Below, in pieces: positions 1-10,751 of a stretch of DNA of 64,000 nucleotides; within the stretch, counting starts at the first letter, position 1, and the number at the start of each line of letters is the position of its first letter. The notes below the pieces were generated by a model. It did not search any database. It saw nothing but the letters and a program-made list of their open reading frames with translations, and had not been told where the DNA came from. Location: the NCBI GenBank assembly GCA_030065575.1, contig JASJDZ010000005.1:1114-65113 (forward strand), in the 5' to 3' direction. Source of the DNA: Acidimicrobiia bacterium. GTDB lineage: Bacteria; Actinomycetota; Acidimicrobiia; Spongiisociales; UBA5794. The translations under genes and the position numbers were made by a program.

Positions 1-1275
1 AGCCTGGGGGCCATTCCCGAGTACTTGCTGCCCGATACGGCCGCGGTGCGCGGCGATCGCCTGTCCATCGGCGGAGTCGACCTGATCGAACTGGCCGAGC
101 AGTACGGCACACCGCTGTTCGTCTACGACGAGGACCACCTTCGCAGCCGCTGTCGTGAAGCCGTATCCGCATTTCCCGATGGGGTTGCCTACGCCACCAA
201 GGCATTCCTGTCCCAGGCGATGGCGAGGTTGGCCTGGGAAGAGGGCATGGCCCTCGATGTTGCCACCGGGGGGGAGCTGCATGTCGCCCTCGCTGCCGGC
301 GTGCCGGCCGATCGACTGGTCATGCATGGGAACAACAAGTCGACTGCGGAACTAGAGATGGCCCTCGACGTCGGTGTCGGAAGGATCGTTCTAGATTCCT
401 TCGCGGAAGTGGATCGGATCGAGAGCCTGGTGGCTGCCGGCAAGACACCCCCGCAGGTACTGGTCCGACTCAATCCGGGAATCGATGTTCACACTCACGA
501 GTATCTGCAGACCGGAATCACCGATTCCAAGTTCGGATTTGGCGTCGTCAGCGGCGAGGCTCATCGGGCCATCGAGTTGGCTGCTGCGTCTCCGTCGATG
601 GACCTCATCGGTGTCCACGCCCACGTCGGAAGCCAGATCTTCGTCGCTGAATCATTCGCCAAGGCAATTGGAGCATTGGCCCCGTTTCTACGTGACCACG
701 ATCTCGAGGAGATTTCGATTGGGGGAGGGCTCGGTGTTGCGTACATCACCGGAGAATCGGCTCCATCGATCACCCAGTGGTCGGAGTCAGTCATGGACGC
801 ATGTCGGCGCCACGGGATAAACGCCCGCATCACTGCCGAGCCGGGTCGGTCGATCGTGGCAAAGGCGGCAGTCACCCTCTACACGGTGGGCACGATCAAA
901 GAGATCGATGGAGTCCGAACGTACGTGGCCGTTGACGGCGGCATGAGTGACAACCCGCGTCCGGTTCTGTACGGCAGCGGATACGAAGCGTTTCTGCCAC
1001 GAGCGGTCCTGGCCGAACGCGACAAGGCGGTACGGATCGTCGGCAAGCACTGCGAATCGGGCGACGTGATCGTCTCCAACGCTGCGGTCCCATCCGACAT
1101 CGCAGTTGGAGACATCCTCTGCACCCCGGTGACCGGCGCCTACGGGCACTCGATGGGATCGAACTACAACATGATTCTCCGTCCGGCCGTGGTCTTCGTT
1201 CGAAATGGTGAAGCCCGGTTGGTGGTGCGCCGAGAGAAATACTCTGACCTGACCACTCGCGACATACCGTCCTGA
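1..1275 (+). CDS. lysA: Diaminopimelate decarboxylase, probably 5-prime partial (frame is open from nt 1; only in-window start is TTG at 25)
   Basis: Translation shows group IV PLP decarboxylase motifs (GTPLFVYDE, YATKAF, HVGSQ, EPGRS, CESGD). No stop between nt 1 and 25. Lies in lysA-hom-thrC context. Confidence 0.9.
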   Translation, partial: SLGAIPEYLLPDTAAVRGDRLSIGGVDLIELAEQYGTPLFVYDEDHLRSRCREAVSAFPDGVAYATKAFLSQAMARLAWEEGMALDVATGGELHVALAAGVPADRLVMHGNNKSTAELEMALDVGVGRIVLDSFAEVDRIESLVAAGKTPPQVLVRLNPGIDVHTHEYLQTGITDSKFGFGVVSGEAHRAIELAAASPSMDLIGVHAHVGSQIFVAESFAKAIGALAPFLRDHDLEEISIGGGLGVAYITGESAPSITQWSESVMDACRRHGINARITAEPGRSIVAKAAVTLYTVGTIKEIDGVRTYVAVDGGMSDNPRPVLYGSGYEAFLPRAVLAERDKAVRIVGKHCESGDVIVSNAAVPSDIAVGDILCTPVTGAYGHSMGSNYNMILRPAVVFVRNGEARLVVRREKYSDLTTRDIPS

Positions 1276-1296
1276 CCTAACCCGGGGAAGTATCAC

Positions 1297-2931
1297 TTGC
1301 TCGATCAGATGCTGCGCTGGCTGACCGCTGAGCGAAGACCGGCCGTCCTATACCTGGTTGCCGGAGTCTTCGGTTTCGGGCTGGCCTGGTACCTGCTCGG
1401 CTGGGAGGGCATCCACGGCACCAGCCATTACTGGGAGACCACCCACAACGACAGCCTGCAGGGGATTGCGGCGCTGCGCTACTACCTAGCCGAGCCGTGG
1501 TCCTGGTCGATACTCGACGTCAGGTCTTATGGAGTACCGGACGGCACCAATCTGATCTTGTCCGACAGCATCCCGATCCTGGCGGTTGCGTTCAAGCTGA
1601 TCAGCGGAGTGTTGCCTGCTGGATTCCACTACTTCGGCTACTGGATCGCCCTCTGTTTCGTCATGCAGGTGGTGTCGGCTGTCGCGATACTCGTCGAACT
1701 CCGGTGGCGGAACGGCCTCGCCGTAGTGGCTGCCGCAGGCTTTGCCCTTACGCAGACGGTGCTGCTGGGGCGCTTCTTCCACGTAGCGCTAATGGCTCAA
1801 TTCCTGATCCTGCTCACGATTCTCTTCGGGATAAGGCTCGTCCGCGGTGAGAAGAAGGTGGGGGCCCTGTGGGCATTGCTGGGGCTATTGGCCGCAACCT
1901 TCTTCGTTCACCTCTACCTGTTTGCGATGACCGCTGTCCTGGCTGCAGCCTTTGTCGTCCAGGCTGGGTCTCTCGGCGAGGTGCCGTGGCGGAGAGTTGC
2001 AGTCTGGCTGGCAGCCGCAGTGATCGGCAGTGGCGTGTTTGTGGCGATGACGGGACTGGCGACCGCCGCTTCCGCAACCGCCGGCGGTCTGGGGTACTAC
2101 TCGATGAACGCCCTGGCGCCCGTCGCCGGCAACATCGATGCCACCGGTGGCCAGTATGAGGGATACAGCTACCTCGGGCTGGGAGCTTTGGTCGTCGTCC
2201 TCGTGGCGCTTGTCCTGGGTCGAGATCAGGTGGCGGCTGCGGCGCGTCGGTATTGGATGCCGATGGTGGTCGGATTGCTGATGGCTGTCTACGCGTTGTC
2301 GCCGGTGGTGTGGGTCGGCATGTCGTGGCAGTTTGATGTTCCGTGGTGGGGTCCTCTGGCCTGGCTGGGGGAGCGATTCCGCTCAACGGGCCGCTTTTCC
2401 TGGCCAATCGTGTACCTGGTCCTCATCGGCGCCCTCTATCTCGCATATAAGCGGCTCGGGACTAGATGGGCGGCCTACCTGCTGATCGGTGCTGCCGCCA
2501 TCCAGGTGGCCGATATGGCGCCGCTCGTGTCCGAAGTGCGCGAGATCTTCACGAATGGAGACGAGAGGTTGCTCGCTGCCGAACCGTGGACCGAAGCGAT
2601 TGCATCTCACGATCTCGTACGGATTCCTCCACAGGAGTGCCTCGTTGCACTGGGCGACCCTGCACTAGCCAATCGGGAGGTGCAGAGGATCACAGCACAA
2701 ACCGGCGTCCCGGTTACCGCCGCTGCCGTCGCTCGTCAACAAGCGAACTGCGACGATCCCGTCTTCGCCCAGGCCGTCGCGCCGGGTGAACTGCGGGTGG
2801 TGTGGACGGCGGTCGATCCCGGCTACAGCGTGGCCGGCGCTTTCTGCGTCGACTTCGACCTCGGTACCGCCTGTACCGCTGCAGCGACCGGTCCGTCGGC
2901 CGAGGCCGTGGCCCGCCTCGGTGCCGGTTGA
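1297..2931 (+). CDS. Polytopic integral membrane protein (about 12 predicted hydrophobic spans plus a soluble C-terminal tail); possibly GT-C-like, function unknown
   Basis: 544-aa ORF with many long hydrophobic segments and an early periplasmic-loop-like segment (YGVPDGTNLILSDSIPILA). TTG start at 1297, alternative ATG at 1309. Confidence 0.65.
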   Translation: MLDQMLRWLTAERRPAVLYLVAGVFGFGLAWYLLGWEGIHGTSHYWETTHNDSLQGIAALRYYLAEPWSWSILDVRSYGVPDGTNLILSDSIPILAVAFKLISGVLPAGFHYFGYWIALCFVMQVVSAVAILVELRWRNGLAVVAAAGFALTQTVLLGRFFHVALMAQFLILLTILFGIRLVRGEKKVGALWALLGLLAATFFVHLYLFAMTAVLAAAFVVQAGSLGEVPWRRVAVWLAAAVIGSGVFVAMTGLATAASATAGGLGYYSMNALAPVAGNIDATGGQYEGYSYLGLGALVVVLVALVLGRDQVAAAARRYWMPMVVGLLMAVYALSPVVWVGMSWQFDVPWWGPLAWLGERFRSTGRFSWPIVYLVLIGALYLAYKRLGTRWAAYLLIGAAAIQVADMAPLVSEVREIFTNGDERLLAAEPWTEAIASHDLVRIPPQECLVALGDPALANREVQRITAQTGVPVTAAAVARQQANCDDPVFAQAVAPGELRVVWTAVDPGYSVAGAFCVDFDLGTACTAAATGPSAEAVARLGAG

Positions 2932-2975
2932 CGTCCAGTCGTTCGCATCGCGCCGTCAGGGGCTATCGTCGCCCC

Positions 2976-4262
2976 ATGAATACGATCGGCATAGGCCTAC
3001 TTGGTGCCGGGACGGTCGGCGGCACGCTGATCCACCGGTTGGTGACAGAACACGCTGCGATTGCGGCAAAGACCGGGCTCGACCTGCAGATTCGCCGGGT
3101 TGCGGTCCGAGATCCGTCCAAGCCGCGGACATTTGACATTCCTGAGGGCTTACTCACAACCGAACCCGCCGAGATGATCACAGATCCAGAGGTTGACCTC
3201 GTGGTCGAGGTCATGGGTGGGCAAGATCCGGCCGGTGACCTCGTACTGCAAGCGCTCCAAGCAGGGAAACCCGTTGTAACCGCCAACAAGGAACTGATTG
3301 CCGCCCGCGGTGCACAGCTCATCGCCGCCGCCGAGGAGTCCGGCGTCGCCCTGCTCTTCGAGGCCGCGGTAGGCGGTGGTATTCCAATCATCCGGCCGCT
3401 GTCGGAGACACTGGCAGGCGAGCGCCTCACCCGGGTGATGGGGATCGTCAACGGGACCACGAACTACATCCTCACCCGAATGAGTGAGGAAGGCACCGCC
3501 TATGCCGATGCTCTCGCTCAGGCACAAGACCTCGGATACGCGGAGCCGGATCCGACCGCCGACGTCGAAGGCGCTGACGCTGCAGCCAAGGCGGCAATCC
3601 TGGCGAGCCTCGCTTTCGGAACCTGGGTCGGTCTCGATCATGTTCCGCACAGCGGAATCTCGGAGATCACGGCTGCCGACATCAGGTACGCCCGAGATCT
3701 CGGCTACGCCATCAAGCTGCTCGGAATCGCCGAAGACACTCCGGCCGGCGTATCGGCCCGGGTCCACCCTGTGCTGCTGCCGCTAGAACATCCGCTGAGC
3801 GCCATCCGTGGTGCCACCAACGCCATCTTCATCGAGGGACCCGCCATCGATACTCTGCTTTTCGCCGGTCCCGGCGCGGGCGGCGATCCCACCGCGACCG
3901 CAGTACTCGGCGATGTCATTGATGCGGCGCGCGAGATACTTGCCGGAGCGCAAGTTGCCCCTCGCATCAGGTTCTCCGAGGCAGCTCTGGCCGACTTCGG
4001 TGGTGTTCCGACCAAGTGGTACGTGCGACTCGAGGTCGACGACCGCCCCGGTGTTCTCGCACAGATAGCGGCCGCATTCGGTGAAGCCAATGTCAGTATC
4101 AAGTCGGTTTGGCAGGAGGGCACGGACGATGAAGCCACTCTGCTGATCGTTACGCACCGTGCTCCGGAAGACGCTCAGCAGGATGCCCTTGCCGCAGTGA
4201 AGCACCTCGACTGCGTCAACGCCGTTGCCGCCGCCATCCGAGTGGAGAGCGAGGAACTATGA
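2976..4262 (+). CDS. hom: Homoserine dehydrogenase
   Basis: ATG at 2976 gives [16 protein letters not shown] (NAD-binding GxGxxG). C-terminal ACT-like segment [21 protein letters not shown]. The upstream 58 codons of the ORF are Arg-rich junk overlapping the previous gene. Confidence 0.93.
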   Translation: MNTIGIGLLGAGTVGGTLIHRLVTEHAAIAAKTGLDLQIRRVAVRDPSKPRTFDIPEGLLTTEPAEMITDPEVDLVVEVMGGQDPAGDLVLQALQAGKPVVTANKELIAARGAQLIAAAEESGVALLFEAAVGGGIPIIRPLSETLAGERLTRVMGIVNGTTNYILTRMSEEGTAYADALAQAQDLGYAEPDPTADVEGADAAAKAAILASLAFGTWVGLDHVPHSGISEITAADIRYARDLGYAIKLLGIAEDTPAGVSARVHPVLLPLEHPLSAIRGATNAIFIEGPAIDTLLFAGPGAGGDPTATAVLGDVIDAAREILAGAQVAPRIRFSEAALADFGGVPTKWYVRLEVDDRPGVLAQIAAAFGEANVSIKSVWQEGTDDEATLLIVTHRAPEDAQQDALAAVKHLDCVNAVAAAIRVESEEL

Positions 4263-5281
4263 CCTGGGGCGGTGTCATCGAGCAGTATCGGGACCGGCTC
4301 TCAGTTACCGCCGAGACGCCGGTGGTCACGCTGCTCGAGGGCAATACTCCGCTCATCGAGGCAAAGCACATTTCGGCGCTCATCGACCGAGAGGTGTACC
4401 TCAAATACGACGGCGCCAACCCAACGGGATCATTCAAGGATCGCGGCATGACCATGGCCGTATCAAAGGCCCTCGAGTCGGGGGCACGAGCTGTTGCGTG
4501 CGCATCGACCGGCAACACGTCGGCATCGGCCGCTGCTTATGCAGCAAGAGCCGGGATGCGAGCGATCGTGATCCTGCCCGCGGGCAAGATTGCCCGGGGG
4601 AAGCTCGCTCAAGCGGTCAGCCACGGCGCTGAGATCGTCGCCATCGACGGCAACTTCGATGACGCGCTGTCGCTGGTGTTGGAACTCACGTCTACCCACG
4701 ACGTGGCTTTGGTCAACTCGATCAACCCGTTCCGAATCGAAGGCCAGCAATCCGCGGCATGGGAAATCGTCGAGGTGCTCGGCGACGCACCGGTCATCCA
4801 TGCGCTGCCGGTCGGGAACGCAGGCAACATCACTGCCTACTGGGCCGGCTACAAGCACCTAGCGAAGGCTCCTCATATGTGGGGCTTCCAGGCAGCGGGT
4901 GCAGCACCACTCGTCACCGGGGAGATGTTCGAGAGCCCCGAGACCTTTGCGACCGCCATACGTATCGGTAACCCGGCGTCCTGGGACGGCGCAATCGCCG
5001 CCCGCGACGAGTCACTGGGAAGGATCGAAGCGGTGACCGACGACGAGATCCGAGCCGCCTACCAGCTCGTGGCGGCGACCGAGGGCGTCTTCTGCGAACC
5101 GGCGTCGGCCGCGTCGGTCGCCGGCGTACTCAAGTACAAGGATGAACTGCCCCCCGGCTCGGTCGTTTGTACCCTCACCGGGCACGGGCTCAAGGACCCC
5201 GACACTGCTGCCGATGGGTTCCGTGATCTGCGAGCTGTACGGCCCAATCTCGACTCTGTACTCGAGGAACTGGGCTGGTAG
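4259..5281 (+). CDS. thrC: Threonine synthase
   Basis: PLP-lysine motif [18 protein letters not shown] start/stop overlap with hom. Confidence 0.93.
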   Translation: MTWGGVIEQYRDRLSVTAETPVVTLLEGNTPLIEAKHISALIDREVYLKYDGANPTGSFKDRGMTMAVSKALESGARAVACASTGNTSASAAAYAARAGMRAIVILPAGKIARGKLAQAVSHGAEIVAIDGNFDDALSLVLELTSTHDVALVNSINPFRIEGQQSAAWEIVEVLGDAPVIHALPVGNAGNITAYWAGYKHLAKAPHMWGFQAAGAAPLVTGEMFESPETFATAIRIGNPASWDGAIAARDESLGRIEAVTDDEIRAAYQLVAATEGVFCEPASAASVAGVLKYKDELPPGSVVCTLTGHGLKDPDTAADGFRDLRAVRPNLDSVLEELGW

Positions 5282-5471
5282 AGCTCCCGGCGCTTGCGAA
5301 GCGAGCCAACGAAGGTAAACTACACCCCGGATCGATATCCGTTTCCACCTCCTCCCGTGCGCGGTTTGCTGCGCCGAAAGCGTGTTCTGACACCTTGCAG
5401 CAACGCTGATTTGGGATGGAGATATCACAGGCACCTCCGTGCCAGAACCTCGTGAAGGGAAACCACTGCCC

Positions 5472-6932
5472 ATGACGACTACCCGAGCCAGACTCCAGGA
5501 GCTGGGCCTAGACGCGCTGCGCGAAATGGCCGGTTCGATTGATGTGGAGCACGACGGGCTGCAAAAGACGAAGCTAATCACCGCGATCATCGGATCCGAC
5601 AAGTTCGACGAGAAGATGCTCCCGGAACCAAAGCCCGAGGACGAGGCCCCCGCCAAGACCGTTGAGGTGACTGAAAGCGGCGAGAAGGGCGCCGAAGACG
5701 CCAGCAACAACGGTGATGGGCGCCAGCAGGGTCAGCGCCAGGGCGGAGAAGGTGGCAACCGCAACCGTCGCCGCCGCAACAAGCGCCGTCAGCAGGAGCC
5801 GATCGATGAGTCCGAGCTCGAGGTTCGCACGGGCATACTCGACATCCTCCCTGAGGGCTACGGTTTCCTTCGCTGCGGCGGCTACCTCCCCAGCGATCAG
5901 GACGTTTACGTCCCGGCCAACCAGATCCGCAAGAACAAGCTGCGCAAGGGCGACATCTGCGAGGGGCCGATCCGTCCCGCCCGCGCCCAGGAGAAATTCC
6001 CGGCACTGGTTCGCCCGCTCAAGGTCAACGAGATGGAGCCGGAGCCGGCGCAGGCTCGGCCCAAGTTCGCCACGTTGACTCCGCTCTTCCCCGACGTTCG
6101 GCTTCGTCTCGAGGTCGAAGGGGACCACAAGAACATCCTGGCCAGGATTGTCGACATCATCGCCCCGATCGGGAAGGGCCAGCGTGGCCTGATCGTGTCG
6201 CCGCCCAAGGCGGGAAAGACGACAGTTCTCAAGGAACTGGCCAACTCGATCGCGGTCAACAACCCGGAGTGCCATCTCATGGTTGTGCTGGTCGACGAAC
6301 GGCCGGAAGAGGTCACAGACATGCAGCGCTCGGTGCGCGGCGAGGTCATCTTCTCGACCTTCGACCGTCCCGCCGAGGAGCACACTCAGGTATCCGAGCT
6401 CGCCATCGAGCGCGCCAAGCGCCTTGTGGAGATGGGGACCGACGTCGTTGTTCTGCTCGACTCGATCACTCGTCTCGCCCGAGCTCACAACCTGGCCACA
6501 CCGGCTTCGGGTCGGATCCTCTCCGGCGGTGTCGATTCGACGGCGCTGTATCCACCGAAGCGGTTCTTCGGTGCGGCTCGCAACATCGAGGAAGGCGGCA
6601 GCCTGACCATTCTCGGTACAGCGCTGGTCGAGACCGGATCCCGCATGGACGAGGTCATCTTCGAGGAGTTCAAGGGCACCGGCAATATGGAGCTGCGACT
6701 GGATCGGAAGCTCGCCGACAAGCGCATCTATCCGGCCATCGACATCGAGGCCTCGGGCACACGCCGCGAGGAGTTGCTGTTCCATCCTGATGAGCTAACC
6801 GAGGTTTGGAAGCTACGTCGTGTCCTCATGGCGCTCGAGTCGGGAGCAGCTCTAGAACTGCTCATCGACCGCCTGAAGAACACGAAGTCGAACGCAGCAT
6901 TCCTCGCCGAAGTCGCCAAGAGCGGCCAGTAG
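5472..6932 (+). CDS. rho: Transcription termination factor Rho with Arg/Gly/Asn/Gln-rich N-terminal insertion (alternative GTG start at 5439)
   Basis: Rho_N-like start [20 protein letters not shown], cold-shock-like RNA-binding segment (GYGFLR), Walker [14 protein letters not shown]-terminal ATPase region conserved throughout. Confidence 0.95.
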   Translation: MTTTRARLQELGLDALREMAGSIDVEHDGLQKTKLITAIIGSDKFDEKMLPEPKPEDEAPAKTVEVTESGEKGAEDASNNGDGRQQGQRQGGEGGNRNRRRRNKRRQQEPIDESELEVRTGILDILPEGYGFLRCGGYLPSDQDVYVPANQIRKNKLRKGDICEGPIRPARAQEKFPALVRPLKVNEMEPEPAQARPKFATLTPLFPDVRLRLEVEGDHKNILARIVDIIAPIGKGQRGLIVSPPKAGKTTVLKELANSIAVNNPECHLMVVLVDERPEEVTDMQRSVRGEVIFSTFDRPAEEHTQVSELAIERAKRLVEMGTDVVVLLDSITRLARAHNLATPASGRILSGGVDSTALYPPKRFFGAARNIEEGGSLTILGTALVETGSRMDEVIFEEFKGTGNMELRLDRKLADKRIYPAIDIEASGTRREELLFHPDELTEVWKLRRVLMALESGAALELLIDRLKNTKSNAAFLAEVAKSGQ

Positions 6933-6968
6933 TAGAGTCCTTTGCTGCAGAGACCAGGAGCTAGAGCC

Positions 6969-7259
6969 TTGAAACCCGACCTTCATCCCGAATACCGACC
7001 GGTGGTGTATCAGGACACATCGTCCGACTTCGCCTTCCTGACCCGCTCGACCATTCAGACCAGCGAGACAATCGAGTGGACCGATGGGAAGACCTACCCG
7101 CTGGCCAAGCTCGAGATCTCGAGCGCAAGTCATCCGTTCTACACGGGCAAGCAGATTCTCGTCGACTCCGGTGGTCGCGTGGAGCGCTTCCGTCGCCGCT
7201 ACGCCAAGGTCGGTGTCGATACCGAGCGCAAGGCCAAGGACGCGGCCGACACCAAGTGA
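6969..7259 (+). CDS. rpmE: 50S ribosomal protein L31, cysteine-less (type B-like) form; TTG start
   Basis: (M/L)[15 protein letters not shown]...SHPFYTGKQ matches the L31 pattern, but the CxxC positions are replaced ([11 protein letters not shown]). No Cys anywhere. Confidence 0.85.
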   Translation: MKPDLHPEYRPVVYQDTSSDFAFLTRSTIQTSETIEWTDGKTYPLAKLEISSASHPFYTGKQILVDSGGRVERFRRRYAKVGVDTERKAKDAADTK

Positions 7260-8200
7260 GCCGCCCACCGGGAGCGAGCGTCGGCGGCCAGGCCGTCATG
7301 GAAGGCGTGATGATGCGTGCGCCCACCCAGTGGGCGGTAGCTTGCCGACGGCCTGACGGCAGCATCATCACCCAGCGCAACGAGCTACCCAACCTCAGCG
7401 GCAAGTCGCGATGGCGCAAGGTGCCGTTCGTGCGCGGCGTTCTGGTTCTCATTGAGTCGCTGTCGCTCGGCTTCAAGGCCCTTTCCTGGTCGGCCGTGCA
7501 ATCCGGAGCGGAAGAGGAGGACGAGCTCAGCAAAGCTCAGGTCTTCTGGACCATGGTCCTGGCGGTCGTCGTCGCTCTAGCCCTCTTCATCCTGGCGCCC
7601 GCGTTCGCCGCCGACTATCTGAAGACCTTCGTCGGGGATTCATCGATCGGATTTGTGGTGCTGGACGGGCTGATCCGTCTGGCCCTGATCGTCTTGTACA
7701 TATGGGCGATCTCCCGCTCGAAGGAGATTGCACGGGTCTTCCAGTACCACGGAGCCGAGCACAAGACGATCCATGCCTACGAGAACGGTGACCCGCTCTC
7801 CGTTGCGGAAATCCAGGCGTATAGCCCACGACATCCGCGATGCGGCACTTCGTTCATCATGATCGTCGGCATGGTCGCCTTCGTCGTCTTCCTGGCTCTG
7901 GCTCCTCTCCCCTTTGTGTGGCAGGTATTGGCTCGGGTGGTACTCATCCCGGTAATCGCCGGTCTCTCCTACGAAGTACTCAAGCTGGGTGCCAACCAGC
8001 GGTGGATGTACTGGGCGAACACCCCGGGGATGTGGCTGCAACGGATCACTACCAAGGAGCCGTCGGACGACATGGTCGAGGTGGCTGTGGCCAGCCTGCT
8101 GGCTGCCCTATCGGAGGAGGAGGCAGCTGCTGTCGCCGAACGTGGGCCCATTGTCGCTGCCGCCCTGGCTGCGGAGCGCGAGGTGCTCGCCGATGGATGA
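7256..8200 (+). CDS. DUF1385-family membrane protein (prfA/prmC-associated)
   Basis: GTG at 7256 overlaps the rpmE stop (GTGA). [12 protein letters not shown] and YHGAEHK motifs plus four hydrophobic spans, as I remember for DUF1385. The upstream 60 codons of the ORF overlap rpmE in another frame. Confidence 0.8.
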   Translation: MSRPPGASVGGQAVMEGVMMRAPTQWAVACRRPDGSIITQRNELPNLSGKSRWRKVPFVRGVLVLIESLSLGFKALSWSAVQSGAEEEDELSKAQVFWTMVLAVVVALALFILAPAFAADYLKTFVGDSSIGFVVLDGLIRLALIVLYIWAISRSKEIARVFQYHGAEHKTIHAYENGDPLSVAEIQAYSPRHPRCGTSFIMIVGMVAFVVFLALAPLPFVWQVLARVVLIPVIAGLSYEVLKLGANQRWMYWANTPGMWLQRITTKEPSDDMVEVAVASLLAALSEEEAAAVAERGPIVAAALAAEREVLADG

Positions 8201-9272
8201 CAGCTTGCACCGCAAGCTCGAGGCGCTCGAGGCGCAGTATTCCGAGACTCTCGAAGAGATGGCCGACCCCAACGTTCTCTCCGATCAGGATCGCTACCGC
8301 GAAGTCTCGATTCGCCATGCCGAGCTCAAGCCGGTCATTGACGCTTTCCGCGAGTACCAATCTGCGTCCCTCGAGATGAGCGAGGCGGCGGAGATGGCGA
8401 CCGCTGAAGATGACCCCGAGATGCGGGCTTATCTCGAAGGAGTGGCCACCGAGCAGGGGGCGCGGCTCGAACCGCTGGAAGGCCGGCTCCGGGTGATGCT
8501 GGTGCCTAAGGATCCCGATGACGACAAGGACGTGATCGTAGAGATCCGTGCCGCCGCCGGCGGTGAGGAAGCTGCACTCTGGGGTGCCGACCTCTATCGC
8601 ATGTACGAACGTTTCGCCGAGCGTCACGGTTGGAAAAGCGAACCGATCAACACATCGGTGACCGGCGGGGGTGGGCTCAAGGACGCCACCTTCTCAGTCA
8701 AAGGTCGCGGCGCTTACTCCCGCCTGAAGTACGAGGCGGGGCCGCATCGCGTGCAGCGTGTTCCGAAGACCGAGTCACAAGGGCGAGTCCACACTTCGAT
8801 CGCCACCGTGGCCGTTCTCGCCGAGGCAGAGGAAGTCGAGATCGATATTCACGAGAACGATCTGCAGATAGACACCTTCCGCTCGACGGGCCCCGGTGGA
8901 CAGTCCGTCAACACAACCGACTCTGCGGTCCGCATCACCCACCTTCCCACCGGAGTGGTTGTCACCTGCCAGGATGAGAAGTCGCAGCTCCAGAACAAGC
9001 TGAAGGCACTGAGGGTGCTGCGCGCCCGCCTCTATCAGCAGCAGCTGGCGGAACGCCAGGGCGAGCAGGCCTCAGCCCGCCGATCGCAGGTGGGTACGGG
9101 GGAGCGGGCCGAGAAGATCCGTACCTACAACTTCAAGGAGAACCGGGTGACGGATCATCGGGTTGGGCTCACCCTGCACTCGCTGCCCGAGATTCTCGAT
9201 GGTGACCTCGAGGAGTTTCACACCGCGCTCATCGCTCACGACGCTGCCGAGAGCCTGGCAACAATCGACTGA
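8193..9272 (+). CDS. prfA: Peptide chain release factor 1
   Basis: ATG at 8193 (ATGGATGA overlap with the previous stop). GGQSVNTTDSAVRITHLPTG (GGQ motif) and RVQRVPKTESQGRVHTS (PxT motif). Confidence 0.95.
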   Translation: MDDSLHRKLEALEAQYSETLEEMADPNVLSDQDRYREVSIRHAELKPVIDAFREYQSASLEMSEAAEMATAEDDPEMRAYLEGVATEQGARLEPLEGRLRVMLVPKDPDDDKDVIVEIRAAAGGEEAALWGADLYRMYERFAERHGWKSEPINTSVTGGGGLKDATFSVKGRGAYSRLKYEAGPHRVQRVPKTESQGRVHTSIATVAVLAEAEEVEIDIHENDLQIDTFRSTGPGGQSVNTTDSAVRITHLPTGVVVTCQDEKSQLQNKLKALRVLRARLYQQQLAERQGEQASARRSQVGTGERAEKIRTYNFKENRVTDHRVGLTLHSLPEILDGDLEEFHTALIAHDAAESLATID

Positions 9273-9324
9273 GTTGACCCAGCGGAACCCCAGGAGCGCC
9301 GGCCGGGTCTATGTTGAGAGCGTC

Positions 9325-10158
9325 ATGGGTCACACGAGTTCAGAACTGCTGCAGGAGGCGAGGGATCTGCCCGAGCACGAGGCGTCCCGTTTGCTACTTG
9401 CTGCTGCATCCGCGGAGCGGTCCTGGCTGGTGGGTGATCCGGCAGTCACGGTCGATGTCGCCAATCGGTTTCGGGAGTACGCGGAGCGGCGGCGCACCGG
9501 CGAGCCACTGCAGTACATCGAGGGCACCGTTCAATTCGGGCCGATCGAAGTAGCGGTCGACCGGCGGGTGTTGATTCCCCGTCCGGAAACGGAGCAGCTC
9601 TACGAGGCGGCGGTCGAGAGATTGCGGGGAATCACCAGCCCGGTGGTGGTAGATCTTTGCTCGGGAAGCGGCAATCTTGCACTCGCCATCAAGCACGCTC
9701 TGCCGGCGGCTCGGGTCATTGCATCGGACCTCTCGCCCGATGCAGTTGCCGTTGCGGCGGAGAACGCGGCGCGGCTCGACCTCGACATCGAGCTAGTGAC
9801 GGGGGATCTCTTCTCCGCACTGCCGGCCGAAGTTGCCGGGTCTGTTGATCTCATCGTTACCAACCCGCCGTACGTGACGCGCGACGAATGCGCCCTGCTT
9901 CCTGAGGAGATCGCCGATTGGGAGCCGGCTCTCGCGCTGAACGGCGGGGCCGATGGGCTCGACTCTCTGCGCCGAGTCGCAGCGGAAGCAGCAGACTGGT
10001 TGCGACCGGGTGGCTGGTTGCTCTGCGAGATAGGAGAGAGGCACGGATCAGTTGCTGAGCGCCTGTTTGCGGCCTTTCGGCCGGAAATCACCCGCGATCT
10101 GGCCGGTCGCGACCGATTCTTGCTGGGAAGGGCGCCAATGCCGGATGAACTCCACTAA
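9325..10158 (+). CDS. prmC: Release factor glutamine N5-methyltransferase
   Basis: SAM motif VVDLCSGSGNLA and catalytic NPPY (IVTNPPYV). Sits directly downstream of prfA. Confidence 0.9.
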   Translation: MGHTSSELLQEARDLPEHEASRLLLAAASAERSWLVGDPAVTVDVANRFREYAERRRTGEPLQYIEGTVQFGPIEVAVDRRVLIPRPETEQLYEAAVERLRGITSPVVVDLCSGSGNLALAIKHALPAARVIASDLSPDAVAVAAENAARLDLDIELVTGDLFSALPAEVAGSVDLIVTNPPYVTRDECALLPEEIADWEPALALNGGADGLDSLRRVAAEAADWLRPGGWLLCEIGERHGSVAERLFAAFRPEITRDLAGRDRFLLGRAPMPDELH

Positions 10159-10187
10159 CTTGAGGCTGAGCGGTAAAGGGAGCAACA

Positions 10188-10751
10188 ATGTCGATTGAGC
10201 AGGCAGCTGCCGCGCTCCGGCGCGGCGAAATCGTGGGTGTGCCTACCGACACTCTCTACGGTATTGCGGCTGACCCCTTTCGGGAGGACGCGCTTGGTGC
10301 GATCTTCGAACTGAAAGGACGACCGACCAAGAAGCCTCTGGCGATCCTCGTGTCATCGTTGGAGCAGGGCATGACCATCGCCTCGCTATCCGATCGTGCG
10401 CTCGACCTGGCCGATTTGCACTGGCCCGGCGCCCTCACCCTTGTTCTCCCGCGCCTTCCTTCGGCGCCACCATGGCTCGGTCACGCCGGCAGGAGAACAG
10501 TTGGGCTGCGCTGTCCGGATCACCCGGTTGCCCTCGAGTTGCTGGAGGCCTACGGCCCGCTTGCGGTCACGTCGGCAAACCTGGCAGGCAATGAGTCGGT
10601 GCTCAACGATCTCGATGCCCGGGACCTCTTCGGCGACGCTGTGTCGGTTTACCTCGAGGGGAGGGCCAAGGGCGGCCAAGCCTCGACCATCATCGACCTC
10701 ACGGAGCCCTCGCCCCTCGTGCTGCGTGACGGCCCGGTTCGCGACGTATAG
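10188..10751 (+). CDS. tsaC: L-threonylcarbamoyladenylate synthase, short Sua5/YrdC/YwlC family
   Basis: GEIVGVPTDTLYGIAADP and SANLAG motifs. SD-like GGGAG upstream. Confidence 0.85.
   Translation: MSIEQAAAALRRGEIVGVPTDTLYGIAADPFREDALGAIFELKGRPTKKPLAILVSSLEQGMTIASLSDRALDLADLHWPGALTLVLPRLPSAPPWLGHAGRRTVGLRCPDHPVALELLEAYGPLAVTSANLAGNESVLNDLDARDLFGDAVSVYLEGRAKGGQASTIIDLTEPSPLVLRDGPVRDV

Noticed and set aside
2802-2975. N-terminal extensions offered by the ORF track for many genes. Examples: hom 2802, DUF1385 7076, prfA 7989, prmC 9163, cysD 35553, cysN 36458, DUF1475 38385, wzm 39595, rfbF 47010, pseI 52489, pseC 58006, protease 28044
   Set aside because: In each case the extension overlaps the upstream gene or intergenic DNA and is Arg/Pro/Gly-rich. 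It is followed by an internal ATG/GTG that reproduces the canonical family N-terminus, often with a 1-4 nt start/stop overlap.
5574-6785. 403-aa ORF antisense to rho
   Set aside because: It lies entirely inside a strongly conserved gene on the other strand, its product is low-complexity and Arg/Gly/Leu-rich, and such ORFs are typical of high-GC DNA. The same reasoning applies to 5587..6006, 5906..6385 and other shadow ORFs in this region.
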